DNA from: a virus
Taxonomy: Duplodnaviria; Caudoviricetes
DNA length: 38,911 nucleotides
Virus record (IMG/VR): IMGVR_UViG_3300032225_001942
Span: 1 to 38,911 of that record
Direction: 5' to 3' (one strand)
Shown: positions 37,461-38,911 of the stretch, piece by piece
Layout of the letters: every line of letters starts with the position of its first letter
Position numbering within the stretch: the stretch's first letter is position 1
The notes under the pieces: model-generated
Database searches by the model: none
The model's input: only the letters and a program-made list of their open reading frames with translations
What the model was told of the DNA's origin: nothing
Translations under genes and position numbers: made by a program

Positions 37461-38444
37461 GTGTACATCCCGCTAGAGGCTTATTCAGCCAAGATAACGG
37501 ATTTTCAGTTCCGTCTCTTTGCCATATTGTGCCGTTTTGCGGGCCCTGGAGGGCTTGTAGAGACCACAGTAGCCCAGCTTTGTATAGAGACTGGCAAAGC
37601 AAGCGATAAGACGGTCCGTAGCGCCCTCAAAGGTCTAGAAAGCGTTGGACTAATAACTACAAAATCCAGTAAGCGTGCTAACGGTTACCAGGGAAAGAAA
37701 AAGATATTGGTAAAAAATTACCAAGATAAAAATGAGAAGTTGGTAAAAAATTACCGCACCTCACATGACTACGTGACTAATAGTCACCCTAGCTATCTAG
37801 CTACTAGACCATTAGTACCTAATAGCCATAGTAGTAAAGCTAGTTATAAATTAAAAGAATCTGAAACCGAAGGTTTCACAAAGGAGATTAAGGTTCCTAT
37901 GAGAAAATGGGAAGATGATGGAGACTCTCTGGCAGGCTTTGGGCTCATTGAACCTAAAGATGCCCCGCAGCCGAAGATACGTAAGAGCGACCCTAAAACC
38001 AGAGGCAAGCGACCAGAGCATGAATGGACAGCGATGGACGTTGCTGCAGAATTTAGTTACCAAGTGGGCCGTAAATACCCGCTACTTCCAGGAACTGTAT
38101 CCGTCAAATCGCTATCGGGCGCACTCCGAAAGTTTCGCTCACAGTACGGAACAACCCCGCTCATAGAGCTTGAACTGCTTCGGCTATTCCTGCAGGACGA
38201 GCGCAATTTCAAGGACATTGGGGATGAGGCTCCTCACCTTTACAAAAAGTACCTAGCCTCCTTCGGCACGAAGATGAACCAAGCAAGAGACAATTTAGGA
38301 CTTAACAAAGTTACTGCTAAGGTTGAGACTACTCCAGCATCTGGTACTCTCACCTCCAGTGATGGTCGTGTGTTCCAGAACTCTTTGAGTGGACGTGCAC
38401 AACTAGAGCGACATGAAAAACGATTGAAAGGCAAGGAGAACTAA
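37461..38444 (+). CDS. Helix-turn-helix replication initiator-like protein
   Basis: N-terminal wHTH (FRLFAILC...VAQLC.ETG..SDKTVRSALKGLE..GLI), low-complexity linker with DNA repeats, helical C-terminal domain. Confidence 0.65.
   Translation: MYIPLEAYSAKITDFQFRLFAILCRFAGPGGLVETTVAQLCIETGKASDKTVRSALKGLESVGLITTKSSKRANGYQGKKKILVKNYQDKNEKLVKNYRTSHDYVTNSHPSYLATRPLVPNSHSSKASYKLKESETEGFTKEIKVPMRKWEDDGDSLAGFGLIEPKDAPQPKIRKSDPKTRGKRPEHEWTAMDVAAEFSYQVGRKYPLLPGTVSVKSLSGALRKFRSQYGTTPLIELELLRLFLQDERNFKDIGDEAPHLYKKYLASFGTKMNQARDNLGLNKVTAKVETTPASGTLTSSDGRVFQNSLSGRAQLERHEKRLKGKEN
37707..37755. repeat. Iteron-like direct repeats (candidate origin)
   Basis: TTGGTAAAAAATTACC at 37707-37722 and 37740-37755, each with dyad symmetry. 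Confidence 0.7.
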
Positions 38445-38446
38445 AC

Positions 38447-38755
38447 GTGGCAAAAAAAATTACAAAGAAGTTTACTGCAACACTTACACTAAACACCGAA
38501 CAAGGTGGCGCATGGTTGGCTAATGTCAGCCTTCTTACTCCAATGATTGATGATGACAATCTAAACTCAATGCAACCAGCAGAAGCTGTAAGTGCAGAAG
38601 CAGCATGGAAGAATGCATCAGCAGGTAAGCGTTGGATTAAATCACAGGTACTAGCAATGACACCTCGCAAAAGCGTAAAGCTAGAAACAACTAAAGTTGA
38701 TAAAACAACTGAAAAGCCAACAGCATTTGTTGGAGTACTGGAGTTTAAAGCATAA
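38447..38755 (+). CDS. Hypothetical protein
   Basis: 102 aa ORF with SD AAGGAG. Confidence 0.7.
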   Translation: MAKKITKKFTATLTLNTEQGGAWLANVSLLTPMIDDDNLNSMQPAEAVSAEAAWKNASAGKRWIKSQVLAMTPRKSVKLETTKVDKTTEKPTAFVGVLEFKA

Positions 38756-38911
38756 TGCATATTTTAAATGTGTTTTCTAAAGAAAAAGAAACATCAACAG
38801 ATAATTTAATGCAAGACCCCGACTTCTTAGAGTACCTTGAAGAACACTCAGTCTCTGAAGAAGAAAAGCAGATTGCGTTTGCTGCTTGGCTTAAGGAAAA
38901 CGAAGACAAAT
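38755..38911 (+). CDS. Hypothetical protein (3' partial)
   Basis: TAATG coupling; open to window end (MHILNVFSKEKE...DFLEYLEEH...AFAAWLKENEDK). Confidence 0.55.
   Translation, partial: MHILNVFSKEKETSTDNLMQDPDFLEYLEEHSVSEEEKQIAFAAWLKENEDK

Noticed and set aside
1-38911. tRNA, rRNA, integrase, transposase, intron or intein
   Set aside because: No recognisable signatures seen; intergenic gaps are too short or explained otherwise

Overview
Structural (late) gene region of a tailed dsDNA phage with a contractile tail (myovirus). All credible genes are on the + strand under the standard genetic code. The window opens inside an N4-gp56-type major capsid gene, followed by a multidomain head-tail adaptor. 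A ~16 kb accessory block then carries three Gly-X-Gln collagen-like fibres, four tandem glycine-rich paralogs (one broken by an in-frame TGA), a four-gene glycan-modification island and a large FN3 protein with a 22-cysteine insert. Next come head closure, a cluster of tiny hyperacidic and Lys-rich ORFs, neck, sheath, tube and a tail assembly chaperone with a probable +1 frameshift extension. The tape measure carries M23 peptidase and lysozyme domains and is followed by baseplate genes. The window ends with the start of a replication module: an HTH initiator-like gene with internal iteron-like repeats. Gene style, moderate-low GC, peptidoglycan hydrolases and a leaderless-type start suggest an uncultured phage of low-GC (possibly freshwater) Actinobacteria, but this host call is inference. 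All family names come from motif recognition by eye; no database searches were run.
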